Shown here: piece by piece, positions 19,730-30,279 of the stretch
Numbering within the stretch: the first letter of the stretch is position 1
Layout: each line of letters starts with the position of its first letter
Translations under genes and position numbers: made by a program
Assembly: GCA_963707025.1 (NCBI GenBank)
Contig: CAVPOM010000012.1
Location: 160,001-224,000, forward strand
Length of the DNA: 64,000 nucleotides
From: an uncultured Verrucomicrobiae bacterium
Lineage (GTDB): Bacteria > Verrucomicrobiota > Verrucomicrobiia > Limisphaerales > Palsa-1400
Direction of reading: 5' to 3'
Notes under the pieces: model-generated
Told to the model about the DNA's origin: nothing
Databases searched by the model: none
The model's input: only the letters and a program-made list of their open reading frames with translations

Positions 19730-20161
19730 TCAGGGCGGGGCTTGCGGGAATATCTGGTAGAGGATGAGGTAAACAACCACGCCGGTCACGGAAACATACA
19801 TCCACAAGGGCCAGGTCCAGCGGGCGATCTTTTTGTGCAGCTCAAACCGCTCTTTCAAGGCGCGATGCAAGGTCACCAAAATCAGCGGAACGATCACCGC
19901 GGCCAGAATAGTGTGGGTCGTCAAAAGGACTAGATAGTAGGGACGAAACCAGGCCGGGTTCTGGAATTTGGTAAAGCCGCCCAGGCAGTGGTAGGTCAGA
20001 TAACAAATCAGGAAAAGGACGGAGGTGGCAAAGGCGGCGATCATGCAGGCGCGATGGGCCGCCACCTGCTTGCGCTTGATGCAGACAAATCCGGCCGCAA
20101 GCAGCAGGGCGCTCAGGCCGTTGAGTGTGGCGTTGACCGCCGGCAAATCATGCACCGTCAT
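19730..20161 (-). CDS. DUF420 membrane protein
   Basis: LPAVNATLN, H...ARWTWPLWMYVSVTGV. Confidence 0.9.
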   Translation of the reverse strand: MTVHDLPAVNATLNGLSALLLAAGFVCIKRKQVAAHRACMIAAFATSVLFLICYLTYHCLGGFTKFQNPAWFRPYYLVLLTTHTILAAVIVPLILVTLHRALKERFELHKKIARWTWPLWMYVSVTGVVVYLILYQIFPQAPP

Positions 20162-20171
20162 AATTCAAGAT

Positions 20172-20798
20172 TCACGATTCCTTGCGCAGGTTCCGGATGG
20201 CCGCGACAATGGCCGGGATGCAGCCGGTGGTTTCACCGTCAAAATAACCCCGGATGCGCCCCTGCTGATCGACCAACACCAGCCGCGTGCTGTGGATGAC
20301 CAGGTCCACCGGCGTTTCCCGCTCGGCGGGTGGCTTGTCCGCCATGCTCAGCTTCAACTCATCCATGGCCAGGTGGCGCATCATTTCCTTGGGGCCGGTC
20401 AAAAAGGTCCAGACTCCGGGGCGGGCGCCGAACCTTTCGCCGTATTTTTTCAGCACGGCGGGCGTGTCGTAACCGGGATCGCTGGTCAGGGATACCAAGC
20501 GGACGGACGCACGGGCCGGCAGCGACTCCTGCAGTTCTTTCATGGTGGCGGAGACGATGGGACAGGGACCCAGACACCGGGTAAAAATAAGGTCCACCAC
20601 GCAGATTTGCCCGCGCCAATCGGCCTGGGACACCGTCCGCCCATCCTGATCGCTCAGGGAAAAGCCGGTGACGGCGCCATAGACCGGCAGCGGCCGGGCC
20701 GGCGGCGCGCAGACCAGCGGAGCGACCACCACGGCGAGCACGATCAAGCTCAGGCCGCCCCAAACAAGCGGCTGGATTTTGCGGTTCAGTGGTGACAT
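20172..20798 (-). CDS. SCO1/SenC copper chaperone
   Basis: FTRCLGPCP (CxxxC), HS.RLVLVD. Confidence 0.92.
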   Translation of the reverse strand: MSPLNRKIQPLVWGGLSLIVLAVVVAPLVCAPPARPLPVYGAVTGFSLSDQDGRTVSQADWRGQICVVDLIFTRCLGPCPIVSATMKELQESLPARASVRLVSLTSDPGYDTPAVLKKYGERFGARPGVWTFLTGPKEMMRHLAMDELKLSMADKPPAERETPVDLVIHSTRLVLVDQQGRIRGYFDGETTGCIPAIVAAIRNLRKES

Positions 20799-20897
20799 GG
20801 GGGAATGGGGTGATGGAGTGTGGGAGTGTTGGATTAGTGAAATGGCGCGCGCAATTGGAATCCCCGATACTCCATTACCCCATCACTCCGTTCCCGT
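20797..20897. repeat. Imperfect octamer-repeat hairpin
   Basis: ATGGGGTG/ATGGAGTG-like units followed by complementary ACTCCATT/ACCCCATC/ACTCCGTT; related units at 15792-15855. Confidence 0.6.
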
Positions 20898-20901
20898 CCA
20901 G

Positions 20902-21690
20902 CTATTCATATCCGCTGCCCGCCCCGGCCCCGGCGCTGGAATTCTTGGCCACCCATTTGTCGTAGTCCTGCTGGGAAACGACCTTGAGGATTCCCCTCAT
21001 GCCGTAGTGGCCCAGCCCGCAAAGCTGCGCGCAGTTGATCTGGTAGGTGCCCACCTTTGCCGGAGTGAACCAGGCCGGAATGCTCATGCCCGGAATGGCG
21101 TCCTGCGTCACCCGCATCGGCCGGATGGCAAAACAGTGGATCACGTCCATCGAGCTGATATATGCGACCACCGGTTTATCCACTGGCACGACCAGTTCGT
21201 TGGCAACGATGAAGTTGGATTTGTAATTGGGATCCTTTTTGTCCAGCCCGTAAGGGTTGTCCGCCGACACAAATTCCTTGTCTTGCCTGGCAAATTGGCC
21301 GTTGGCGCCCGGATACCAGCCATGCCAGTTATATTGCGCGGCGATGACTTTAATGGTGGTGACGTTGCCGGGCTTGGCCCCCTTGGGAAATTCTTCCACG
21401 GCATGCGCCCAGAGCGGTATGGCCAGGCCGATGAGCAGCACCGCTTCGATCAGCGCCACCAGCCCTTCCAGGTAAGTTGAGGAATGGTTCTTGACGCCCG
21501 CGTGATCCGCCTTGGGATGGGCGCGGCGGTTGAATTTAAAAAGAACCAGGATGAAATAACCCAGCCACCCGACAAACAGCAGGAGCATCAGGACATGGAC
21601 CCAAAAAATCAGGTTGTCCACCCCAACTCCGGTGGCGGAAGCATCAATCGGCAACCCCAAATACTTTTTCAGGCTCAGTAAGCTGTTCAT
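20902..21690 (-). CDS. coxB: Cytochrome c oxidase subunit II
   Basis: DVIHCF..DAIPG, CAQLCGLGHYGM CuA motif. Confidence 0.93.
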   Translation of the reverse strand: MNSLLSLKKYLGLPIDASATGVGVDNLIFWVHVLMLLLFVGWLGYFILVLFKFNRRAHPKADHAGVKNHSSTYLEGLVALIEAVLLIGLAIPLWAHAVEEFPKGAKPGNVTTIKVIAAQYNWHGWYPGANGQFARQDKEFVSADNPYGLDKKDPNYKSNFIVANELVVPVDKPVVAYISSMDVIHCFAIRPMRVTQDAIPGMSIPAWFTPAKVGTYQINCAQLCGLGHYGMRGILKVVSQQDYDKWVAKNSSAGAGAGSGYE

Positions 21691-21694
21691 CCGG

Positions 21695-21958
21695 TTATGC
21701 CTGGGTTTGTGCGGGCGGCTTTTCCGCTCGTTCCGCCTGTCTCGTGCCCGCGGCTTTGCGCGAAAGGAAAACAAAAAATGAGGCCGCCCCGAGCAGGACC
21801 GCCCCGACCACCGCCATCAAACTGAAAATGCCCGCGTTCAGACTTCGCGCCATGTTGGAATCCGACTTGCCGAAACAAGCGGAGCAGGCCAGCAGGCTGG
21901 CGGGGGAGGCGAACCAGGCCAAAAGCACGGCCCAAGCCCATGTTTTAATTTTTTTCAT
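21695..21958 (-). CDS. Small membrane protein of the cox operon
   Basis: ACSACFG motif plus TM helix; tight operon packing. Confidence 0.75.
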   Translation of the reverse strand: MKKIKTWAWAVLLAWFASPASLLACSACFGKSDSNMARSLNAGIFSLMAVVGAVLLGAASFFVFLSRKAAGTRQAERAEKPPAQTQA

Positions 21959-22161
21959 AGATAACCAATATGCTTGAGTTTTCGCAACACCGCCCGGCCG
22001 TACCAGATCATGCCCAAGCCCGCCAGGATGGAGGCCAGGCCGCCGAGCAACTGCCCCGGCTGGCCGGTCAACCGGTATTGGTTGAGCAGCCAGCCGCCGA
22101 AGAAAAACGCCAGCAGCACCACGCAGGTCACAAATACAAGATGGAATGCCTTCAACGACAT
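21955..22161 (-). CDS. Small two-TM protein of the cox operon
   Basis: MSLKAFHLVF; overlaps next gene. Confidence 0.75.
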   Translation of the reverse strand: MSLKAFHLVFVTCVVLLAFFFGGWLLNQYRLTGQPGQLLGGLASILAGLGMIWYGRAVLRKLKHIGYL

Positions 22162-22162
22162 A

Positions 22163-22510
22163 TCAGGGCATGTGTACTATATTGTTGTGCTGCATGGACA
22201 TCACGGTCAGAAACATCAGCGCGGCAAAAAAGAAAACGGTGCAGACCATCACCGAATAAATCAATTTCTTCTCGGAAATGAGGTGCATGAAAAACGCGGC
22301 CACCAAAAAGCCCTTGGTCGAGGCGATGATCAGGGCGACGATGATGTTAAGCTCCCGAGTGGGGAACTTGATAAAGGCGGCCCAGACGGTCATGGCCGTG
22401 CCGATCATCAGCGCCACGCCGACAATGGCGTAGGTGCGCATGTGCTTTTTGGCCTCTTCGACCGCATGCCCGCCCCCGCCGGCGGCCTCTTCTATGGCAG
22501 TTTCATGCAT
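22163..22510 (-). CDS. Cytochrome c oxidase subunit IV family
   Basis: ALIIASTKGFLVAAFFMHL. Confidence 0.85.
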   Translation of the reverse strand: MHETAIEEAAGGGGHAVEEAKKHMRTYAIVGVALMIGTAMTVWAAFIKFPTRELNIIVALIIASTKGFLVAAFFMHLISEKKLIYSVMVCTVFFFAALMFLTVMSMQHNNIVHMP

Positions 22511-22517
22511 ATCAGTT

Positions 22518-23318
22518 CTATAACAGGTAAAGCACCGGAAACAGGAAGATCCAGACCAGGTCAACAAAGTGCCAGAAAAGACCGGAGACTTCCACCCGGT
22601 TGGTATAACGCTCCGGGTCGGTCTTCCATACCTTGGCCAAGGGACCCCAAATGACAAAGATCACGATCATCCCGCCAATGACGTGCAAGGCGTGCAGCCC
22701 GGTCAGCACAAAATATATGGCAAAATAGGAACTGTGCCACGGCCCGTAATTCTCGATCTCCTTGCCTTTGCCGTCCGCGCGGTCTTTTATCTCCGCCATG
22801 GGAACTTTAATCTCTTTCAGCGTGCTTTCCTCCGGCGGGGACATCAACTCGGCGTGGTTGGTCACCGTGCGGGCCGCCTCGAACGCAAAAAAGTTCGTGT
22901 CCTTGTTGCCGGGGTCAATATGCCCGTCCACAATGGTGTTGTTCTTGAGTTGAACCTCGTAGTGATGGAATTTGTCGCGGTACTCGAAGCTCTTGATGCC
23001 CAGAAAGGTCAGGGCGCACAGGATGGTGATCCCTTGAAAAACCTTGTAGGAACCGAATCTATTCATCTTCAACGAGGCCCAGCCAAAGACCACGGTGACG
23101 CTGGAAAGTATCAGCACGATGGTGTTGAGCGCCCCCAGCTTGACGTTGAGCAGATGGAGCGGCCAGGTGCCCGGCTCGGCATTGACGCGCAGGAGGATGT
23201 AGGATGAAAAAAGGGCGCCGAAAAGCATGACTTCCGAGGCCAGGAACAGCCAGATCCCAACTTTGGCGTTGTAGAGGCCGGTGTCCGGCCGGGCTTTAAC
23301 TGCGTACGGGATTTCCAT
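22518..23318 (-). CDS. coxC: Cytochrome c oxidase subunit III
   Basis: WLFLASEVMLF, TGLHALHV, FWHFVDLVW. Confidence 0.95.
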   Translation of the reverse strand: MEIPYAVKARPDTGLYNAKVGIWLFLASEVMLFGALFSSYILLRVNAEPGTWPLHLLNVKLGALNTIVLILSSVTVVFGWASLKMNRFGSYKVFQGITILCALTFLGIKSFEYRDKFHHYEVQLKNNTIVDGHIDPGNKDTNFFAFEAARTVTNHAELMSPPEESTLKEIKVPMAEIKDRADGKGKEIENYGPWHSSYFAIYFVLTGLHALHVIGGMIVIFVIWGPLAKVWKTDPERYTNRVEVSGLFWHFVDLVWIFLFPVLYLL

Positions 23319-25177
23319 GCGTCAATGGTTGCGCCTGCTCCGGCTCGTTTTGGGTCGTGAAATCCCGCGCCTGGCCGGGCACGCTGTATTCGTAAGGGCC
23401 GCGGAAAACTTCCAGCGCCTTGTCGAAATTGCCGTGCGGCGGCGGGGTGGGCGTCTGCCAGTCCAGCGTCGTCGCCTCCCACGGATTGTCCGAAGTGACC
23501 TTCCGGCCGTGGTTGATGCTGTGGAAGAAATTGATGATGAAGGGAATTTGCGACAATCCCAAACAAATGGCCGCCACAAATATCGCCCCGTTGAGATCAT
23601 GCACCACGAACTTGCTCAAGCCCGGAATGGCCGGCGAGCCGTTGGCCGCCAGCACCGCCGCATACGTCTGCCCGCCGTCATACATGCGGCGCGACATCCC
23701 CGCCATGCCCTGGAAGAACATCGGCAGAAATACGGCGTTCATGAAAAGGAAGGAGAGGCCAAAATGCACCCGGCCCCAAAATTCGTTCATGAACCGCCCG
23801 GTGATCTTCGGATACCAATAATAAATGCCGGCAAACAACCCGAAAATCGTCCCCGGCGCCACGATGTAATGGAAATGGGCGATGACGTAATAGGTGTCGT
23901 GCAGAAAAATGTCGCTGACGTTGAAACCCAGCGGCAGCCCCGTCAGTCCCCCGATGCCGAACATCGGCAGAAAACCCAGGGCAAAAAGCATCGGCACGGT
24001 AAACCGGATGGACGCGCCCCACAGCGAGATAAACAACGAGGTCAGGATGATGACCGACGGAATGGAAATCATCATCGTCGTCGTCTGGAAGAAGGTCGCG
24101 ATGCGCGTGCCCATGCCCGTCAAATACATGTGATGGGCCCAGACAATGAACGAAAGGAAGCCGATGACCAAAACGGAATACACCATGGAGCGGTAGCCCC
24201 AGATGGGCTTGCGCGTGTTGTTGGCAATTATTTCCGTCACGATCCCCATCGCCGGCAAGATCAACACGTAAACCTCCGGGTGGCCCAGGAACCAGAACAG
24301 ATGCTGCCAGAGCAATGGACTGCCCCCGCCGCTGACATGCAAGGCCGTGCCGGTCACCACCAGCCCGGTGGGCAGGAAAAAGCTCGTGCCCAAAAGATTA
24401 TCCGCCAGTTGCAGGACGCCGGCCGCTTCCAGCGGCGGAAAGGCCAGGAGCAGCAAAAAGGCGGTGACAAATTGCGCCCACACGAAAAACGGCAGGCGGA
24501 ACCAGTTCAGCCCCTTGACCCGCAACTGAATGATGGTGGTAATGAAATTGACCGCCCCCAGGAGCGAGGAGTTGATCAGGCAGACCATGCCGATAATCCA
24601 AAAGGTTTGTCCGTTGGGGCGGTGCGCCAGGTCCCCCACCGTCGCCAGCGGCGAATAGGAGGTCCAGCCTGCCTTGGCCGCCCCCCCGGGAATGAAAAAG
24701 CTGGCCAGCATCAAGATGCCCCCCATGAAATAGAACTGGTAGCTGACCATGTTGACCCGCGGAAAGGTCATGTCCGGCGCTCCGATTTGCAGCGGCGTCA
24801 CAAAATTGCCGAACGCACCGAAGGCCAGCGGCACAATGGCCAGGAACACCATGATCGTCCCGTGCATCGCCCCGTAAGAATTATACAAATCCGACGAGAT
24901 CACCCCCATGCCGCCCCCTTTGTCCGGGGCCGCCGCGCTGATCATGTCCGGCCCGTGGATTTTGAGGAGCAGCTTGCCGATCAGTGGCACCGCCTCCCCC
25001 GGATGGGCGATTTGCCAGCGCATCAACAGCATCAGGCAAAAGCCGAACAACATGAACAGCAGCGCGGTCAGGCCGTACCTGCATGCCGATCACTTTGTGG
25101 TCGGTGGAAAAAATGTATTTCCGCCAAAACCCCAATTCTTCATGATGCGCCTCGTGGGCGTGGGCTGTCTCCTGCAT
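23296..25177 (-). CDS. coxA: Cytochrome c oxidase subunit I (A1 type), apparent +1 frameshift at ~25078
   Basis: STDHKVIG in one frame continues as YGLTALLF..GHPEVY..VWAHH..AHFHY after removing one C. Confidence 0.93.
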
Positions 25178-25280
25178 GATTCGCTTCAATTTTGCGCAAG
25201 CAAAAACAATAACTGCATACTCATTCTAATCGCACCGTCCGCTCCCGTCAACGCAAGCCGTTGCCTTTCAAACAGGTATT

Positions 25281-26198
25281 CTACCTCTTATTGATAACCA
25301 TTAACGCAAGTAATAGAGGCAGATAGACAATCGAGGCGTAGAACAAACGCCGCGCCGCCGCCACGCTGATCTGCCGCGAAAATTGCCAGGCGCACGCCAG
25401 AAAACCGGCCCCCAAGGCCAGCGCCCCCGCCAAATAAACCGGCCCAGCCAGCCCGAACAAAAAGGGGCACAAACTGACCGGCAACAAACCCAGGGTGTGG
25501 CTCAAGGCCTGTTTGCCCGTGCGCGCGCCCGTCGGGTCAACCACCGGCAGCATGACAAATCCCGCCCGGGCGTAATCCTCCCGGTACATCCAGGCGATGG
25601 CCAGGAAATGAGGCAGTTGCCAAAAAAACAGGATGGCAAAGAGCGACCAGCCATCGCCGGTCACCGCGCCGCGCGCCGCCGTCCAGCCCATCAACGGCGG
25701 CAGCGCCCCCGGAATGGCCCCGATGGCCGTGTTCAAGGTCGTCCGCCGCTTGAGCGGCGTATAGACCAGCAAATAGCTGGCCAGGGTCAACCCCCCCAGG
25801 CAGGCCGTCAGCCGGTTCACGCTCAGCGCCAAATAGATCATCCCCGCCCCAGCGCAAATCCCCCCGATGAGCAGCGCCGCCTCCGCCGTCAGCCGGCCCG
25901 ACGGCAGCGGTCGGTCCCGCGTGCGGCGCATTTTCGCGTCGTATTCCCGTTCCAGCAGTTGGTTCAAGGCGGAAGCGCCCGCCGCCAGCAGGGCGGTGCC
26001 CAGCATGGTGTGGCCCATCAGGCCCCAGTCCATCGGACCCCGCCAGCCGGCGTAAAAACCGACGAACGTAGTCAACAATACCAAAATCGTCAGCCGCATC
26101 TTGAACAACTCGCTCAGGATGGCCGCGGTGGATTTGTCCGCCGCGCCGGATTTTTCCAGCGCGGGCGCGACGGCAAGGGTTGGAACGGCTGCTTTCAT
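25281..26198 (-). CDS. ctaB: Protoheme IX farnesyltransferase (heme O synthase)
   Basis: DAKMRRTRDRPLPSG, WQLPHF. Confidence 0.95.
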   Translation of the reverse strand: MKAAVPTLAVAPALEKSGAADKSTAAILSELFKMRLTILVLLTTFVGFYAGWRGPMDWGLMGHTMLGTALLAAGASALNQLLEREYDAKMRRTRDRPLPSGRLTAEAALLIGGICAGAGMIYLALSVNRLTACLGGLTLASYLLVYTPLKRRTTLNTAIGAIPGALPPLMGWTAARGAVTGDGWSLFAILFFWQLPHFLAIAWMYREDYARAGFVMLPVVDPTGARTGKQALSHTLGLLPVSLCPFLFGLAGPVYLAGALALGAGFLACAWQFSRQISVAAARRLFYASIVYLPLLLALMVINKR

Positions 26199-27457
26199 TA
26201 ACTGCTGGGGGTGATGGTGGAGGAGGAGAGCAAGGTTGTCAGTTCATTTTTTTGCGCCGGGCAATTCCGCCCCGCCGGCGCGGCCAGCCCGCGGAAGGCC
26301 ATGATCGAAATCAGCGCGCCCAGCACCAGGCTCAACGCTCCGCACGCCACATGCGCCGTGGCGATGTCCGCCTTCTTTCCGGTCCAGATGGTGGCGGCCC
26401 CAAGAAAAATTTGCGCCACAATCAGAAAAAACCAGCCGGAGCACAGGCGGCTCAAGCGATGTTGCCGGCCCAGTTGCCGCCGGGCCAGCCAGGCGCAAGT
26501 TCCCACCGTCAGCAGAATGGCCACCGCCATCAGGCGATGCACCATCTGCAGGATGATCTGGAAGGCCGTGATCGGCGCATAGCCCTCCGCCTCCATCCGA
26601 AGCTGGTTGTATTTGAGAACGGAGACCGGGCCGGTGTCGGGCCAGATTTTGCCGTAAGCGGCCGGAAAATCGGGGATGGCCAGCCCGGCATGTTGATGGC
26701 GCATGGTGGCGCCCAGTGCCAACTGCCCCAGTATCAACAACGTCGCCGCCAGAAAAAAGTGCCGCAAGCCCCCGGCGTCGCTCTCCTCCTGCGCCGGCAG
26801 GTTGCGCCAGTAACCCGTGTGGAATAGGGCGATGGCGGACATCAGCACGAAAAACAGTTGGGCCAGCGTCGCGTGGAAAATCCCCAGTTGATCCCGGAGC
26901 AGCGTCACGCGCAAGCCGCCCAGGACGCCCTGGGCCACCACCGCGAAAAACGCCGCCACCCCCAGCCGGCGCAGCCATTTGGGAGACGGCTCGCACTTCG
27001 GCCAGACAAAGCTCCCTGCCAACGCAGCCAGGCCGATGGCTGCGAGCATAATGTCGTCTTCCAGGTGACTTGGGCCGGGCGAGGGCGGATGGAACCAGAG
27101 CGCCACCCCGCCGGCCAGCAGGAGAACGGCTCCGCCCCAGCGCAGGAGCGGGCGCGATTTGCGGCCGAAGAGCCAGAGGGCCAGAATGGTGGTCAGCAAA
27201 CCCACGCCCGAAGCGACCAAGCGGTGGGTGTGTTCAAAAAAAATACCGCCAATCCATTTCGATACCGGGAAGAAAAACAGGTTGTACCCATAGGTGTTCG
27301 GCCAGTCGGGCACCGCCAAGCCCGCCGCGTGGCTGGTCACCAGGCCGCCCATCCAGACCAGCGCGAACGTCGCCGCCGCCGTCAGCAGCGCAAACCGCCG
27401 CAACGCCGGGTTATCCGCCGGGCTGCTTGCAGTTTCCAGTGTTGAACCGTTTTGCAA
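26198..27457 (-). CDS. ctaA: Heme A synthase (COX15/CtaA); start approximate
   Basis: GLAVPDWP, EHTHRL, QGVLGGLRV, duplicated half with HRL. Confidence 0.88.
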   Translation of the reverse strand: MQNGSTLETASSPADNPALRRFALLTAAATFALVWMGGLVTSHAAGLAVPDWPNTYGYNLFFFPVSKWIGGIFFEHTHRLVASGVGLLTTILALWLFGRKSRPLLRWGGAVLLLAGGVALWFHPPSPGPSHLEDDIMLAAIGLAALAGSFVWPKCEPSPKWLRRLGVAAFFAVVAQGVLGGLRVTLLRDQLGIFHATLAQLFFVLMSAIALFHTGYWRNLPAQEESDAGGLRHFFLAATLLILGQLALGATMRHQHAGLAIPDFPAAYGKIWPDTGPVSVLKYNQLRMEAEGYAPITAFQIILQMVHRLMAVAILLTVGTCAWLARRQLGRQHRLSRLCSGWFFLIVAQIFLGAATIWTGKKADIATAHVACGALSLVLGALISIMAFRGLAAPAGRNCPAQKNELTTLLSSSTITPSS

Positions 27458-27474
27458 GGTGCGTGTCGCCGCTG

Positions 27475-28200
27475 TTAGGGCGCGGGGGGCGGGACTTCCA
27501 CCGTGAAGTTGGCGGTCACCGCCTTGTCTCCCTCCACCTTGATCGCCTGCGATATTCCCGGCCCGGCGCCCTGGGACTTCTGGTGATAAGCCGTCAGGGT
27601 ATAGTCGCCGGGCGGCAGATTGGGGATTTTGAAATTGCCGTCGGCGTCGGTGATGGCGAAGTAGGGATTGTCCCTCACCCCGATGAAAGCGAACATCCAG
27701 GGGTGAACATCGCATTTGATTCTCACCAGGACTTCCGGTTTGGCGAAAGTCTTCTCGTTGACCTGGCCTTGGCTGCTCTGGGCAATATTGAACTCCTCAT
27801 TGCCGGGGACCACGGGCTTGGCATCAATATTATGCAGAATGGGGTCCGAGTTTTTTATCCTGATTTTCTGCCCCGCCATGATCCCCAAAATATACGGCTG
27901 GTAATTGCACTTCGTTTGATCCAGCTCCACCGCTTCCGACGGCACCGGGTAGGTCTTGCCTTCGCATCCCTTGGAGACATAGACAAACACATTTTTCAAT
28001 CCATTATCCTTGCCCACGACATAATGCCGCGTCGTCAGGGTGGTCGGATGCAACGGCCCGCACTCGTCGGTGAAGGCGATGGCTTTTTCCGGCGGCGGCG
28101 TTCCCTTCAGGGTCACTTTTCCAGTCACATCCGCCGCCCGGGCCATTTGCCACCCGCCGGCCAGCGCGACCGCCGCGAGGACTACAATAGTTTTCTTCAT
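27475..28200 (-). CDS. Secreted cupredoxin-like / carboxypeptidase-regulatory-like domain protein
   Basis: Signal peptide; DQ..C.Y.P, LHN, CDVHPWM. Confidence 0.8.
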   Translation of the reverse strand: MKKTIVVLAAVALAGGWQMARAADVTGKVTLKGTPPPEKAIAFTDECGPLHPTTLTTRHYVVGKDNGLKNVFVYVSKGCEGKTYPVPSEAVELDQTKCNYQPYILGIMAGQKIRIKNSDPILHNIDAKPVVPGNEEFNIAQSSQGQVNEKTFAKPEVLVRIKCDVHPWMFAFIGVRDNPYFAITDADGNFKIPNLPPGDYTLTAYHQKSQGAGPGISQAIKVEGDKAVTANFTVEVPPPAP

Positions 28201-28327
28201 AGTTGAAACTGCTCAGTTGACACGATAATCAAATTTAATGCCCCCAACTGCGGGGCAACCTTTATTATAGCGCATGATGAATTTTTCACAACCCCATTTT
28301 TCCATTTTTTTTCCATCCGCCAGTCTT

Positions 28328-28624
28328 GGGTGGCAGGGCGGGTCCCGAATTATCGGGACCCGCCGCACGCAGGTATTGTTCTGACTTTCCGACCGCCGCC
28401 GTCGGCGCCCTCGCCGACCGCCTCTTTGCTTATGATACACCTGATCTTGAACCGGCGAACCGCGGATGTTTGGGGAGCGCGGTCGTCCCGCCCGCCGCGT
28501 TCGGCGTCCCGCCGAACGCCCTTCAGGCGCGCCCTTCTCCGCTCAGGCGGGGATCACCCCTGGCTTATGAAGGGAAACCTCCCGCGTTTTCTCCCTCTCC
28601 TTGGAGGAGAGGGCCGGGGTGAGG
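28328..28624. repeat. Cluster of REP-like palindromes
   Basis: Copy of the 7679-7719 REP; GCGTTCGGCG..CGCCGAACGC; CCCTCTCC..GGAGAGGG. Confidence 0.65.
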
Positions 28625-28851
28625 TCGAGCTTTATCATCTCCGCGCAGCGCTAATTCTTTCCAATTCTCCCTCTCCTCCAAACACATGTGGAGGACAAAA
28701 AGGGGTCACCCATTAGGGCGGGTGTCAACAGGCAAAACGCTTCTGTCCTCAATTTTCTTTATTGAGTTGTTCCTGGGCCGACCAAATCTTATTTACAGGC
28801 CGCATCCGATCCCTTCATTTCGCTCGCGTGATTCCGTTCGCTCGCGAAAAG

Positions 28852-29023
28852 AAAAGCGGTCAGTTAATGGTATTGTCATATTTTTCGTTCTCCTCCCCTG
28901 CAAGTGACCGTGCCAGTTTTGCAGGATACCGAATCGTCATTTCGATTACCATGCGCGCCCGAATGCCAAAAATCGGAATTGGAGTCAAGACATATATTAC
29001 AATACCTTTAACTGACCCCTTTT
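28852..29023. mobile_element. MITE/REPIN-like element with ~30-bp imperfect terminal inverted repeats
   Basis: AAAAGCGGTCAGTTAATGGTATTGTCATAT vs reverse complement AAAAGGGGTCAGTTAAAGGTATTGTAATAT; third arm at 29684-29715. Confidence 0.6.
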
Positions 29024-29096
29024 TTGATGACCCCTTTTTTGACCCCTTTTCTTTTCTTTTTTGGAGTGGCGACCGCGTTCTGGAAGAAGGGCGGTA

Positions 29097-29594
29097 TCAG
29101 GCCGCCTCGCCTTTCAACATGAGCACAGGACAACACGCGTCGCGCGCGATGCGGGCGGCGATGTGGCCGTGAAACCAGCGTTGCAGTCCGCGCCACTGGC
29201 CAAGTCCCAAGACAATCAAATCGGCGTTTTGCAGGCTGGCAAGACGCACGATTTCCCGTGGCGGATTACCTTCCCGAACTTCGATATGGACCGTTTGGCC
29301 GGGAGGCAGCTCGCGTTGGGCCAGATCCTGTAATTGGACTCTGCGGTCATGTTCTTGCCGGCGCTGGCGCTCCGCGGCGTCCAAGGTGCGGAAGGACTGC
29401 GGTTCCTCGACCACATTGAGCAACGTCAGGCGGGCGTGATCCCTCTCCGCCATTGCTGCGGCGTGGCGCAGAGCCCGGACTGAAGATTCGGAAAAGTCAA
29501 TTGGAACGACGAGTGTCTGGAGCACGGACGCGTGGGATTTCACGCACTCCGATGCCGCCCTTGCCAGCACTGCGAAATTTTCTTTGATTCTCAT
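29097..29594 (-). CDS. Universal stress protein
   Basis: LVVPIDFSESS, ADLIVLG, ACCPVL; start uncertain. Confidence 0.88.
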   Translation of the reverse strand: MRIKENFAVLARAASECVKSHASVLQTLVVPIDFSESSVRALRHAAAMAERDHARLTLLNVVEEPQSFRTLDAAERQRRQEHDRRVQLQDLAQRELPPGQTVHIEVREGNPPREIVRLASLQNADLIVLGLGQWRGLQRWFHGHIAARIARDACCPVLMLKGEAA

Positions 29595-30093
29595 GCGTGT
29601 AAGATAGCGGTGCGGCAACACAACGGATAATTAAAAGGGGAACCGCAAGCGTTAAAATGTTATCAAACACATCAACCGTCAGCAAAGGGGTCGGTTCGTG
29701 GTATTGTCATATTTTAAGGTTGCTTGCCCTGCCCATACAGGAAAGGGGGCACCCAGAGAAAGCCGGGGGGGCAGTCCTAGAAAAATGACATTTCCAGCAG
29801 GCAGCCAAAAGCTTGGTGCGAGCCGGTGTCATTGTTCACTATTTACACTTTTTCGGCATAATCTGCCGGGGTCGTGCTTGCGCGTTCGGCCAACGGGGGC
29901 GTTGATTGGAAGGATTCCACCGGCAAGAATTTGAAGGAATTGCAAGAAGCACAAGCGGGGAATGGATAGGCAATTTTGCCGCCGATTTCAAATTAAGGCA
30001 CTACGAAGAAATCACCGACACCATCGAACCGGCAAACGACAGGCGGCAGCTTATCGAAGACCTGACCGATCTGATGAAGGGCGGTAAGCTGGA

Positions 30094-30178
30094 TGTAACA
30101 AAATGTAACGGGGTGTAACGGGGGCGGTTTTCGTAAACCGTTGATAATCAACAACTGTAACGGTGTAACGGGTGTAGC
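30094..30178. repeat. TGTAAC repeat array around a dyad
   Basis: TGTAAC at 30094, 30104, 30114, 30156, 30164; palindrome GTTGAT-A-ATCAAC at 30140-30152. Confidence 0.75.
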
Positions 30179-30279
30179 GCACCTCACCCGGCCTGCAACA
30201 GTGGGCGTCGAACAAGTCGCCACCCACACTTGCAGGCCCGCCAGGTATCAGTTCTCACTGTTTAAACTGTTCGATCAGA

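Noticed and set aside
25070..25085. Programmed frameshift in coxI
   Set aside because: No slippery sequence; a single-base error is more parsimonious
29906..30118. Short ORF before the TGTAAC array
   Set aside because: No recognisable family or credible start; at most a fragment
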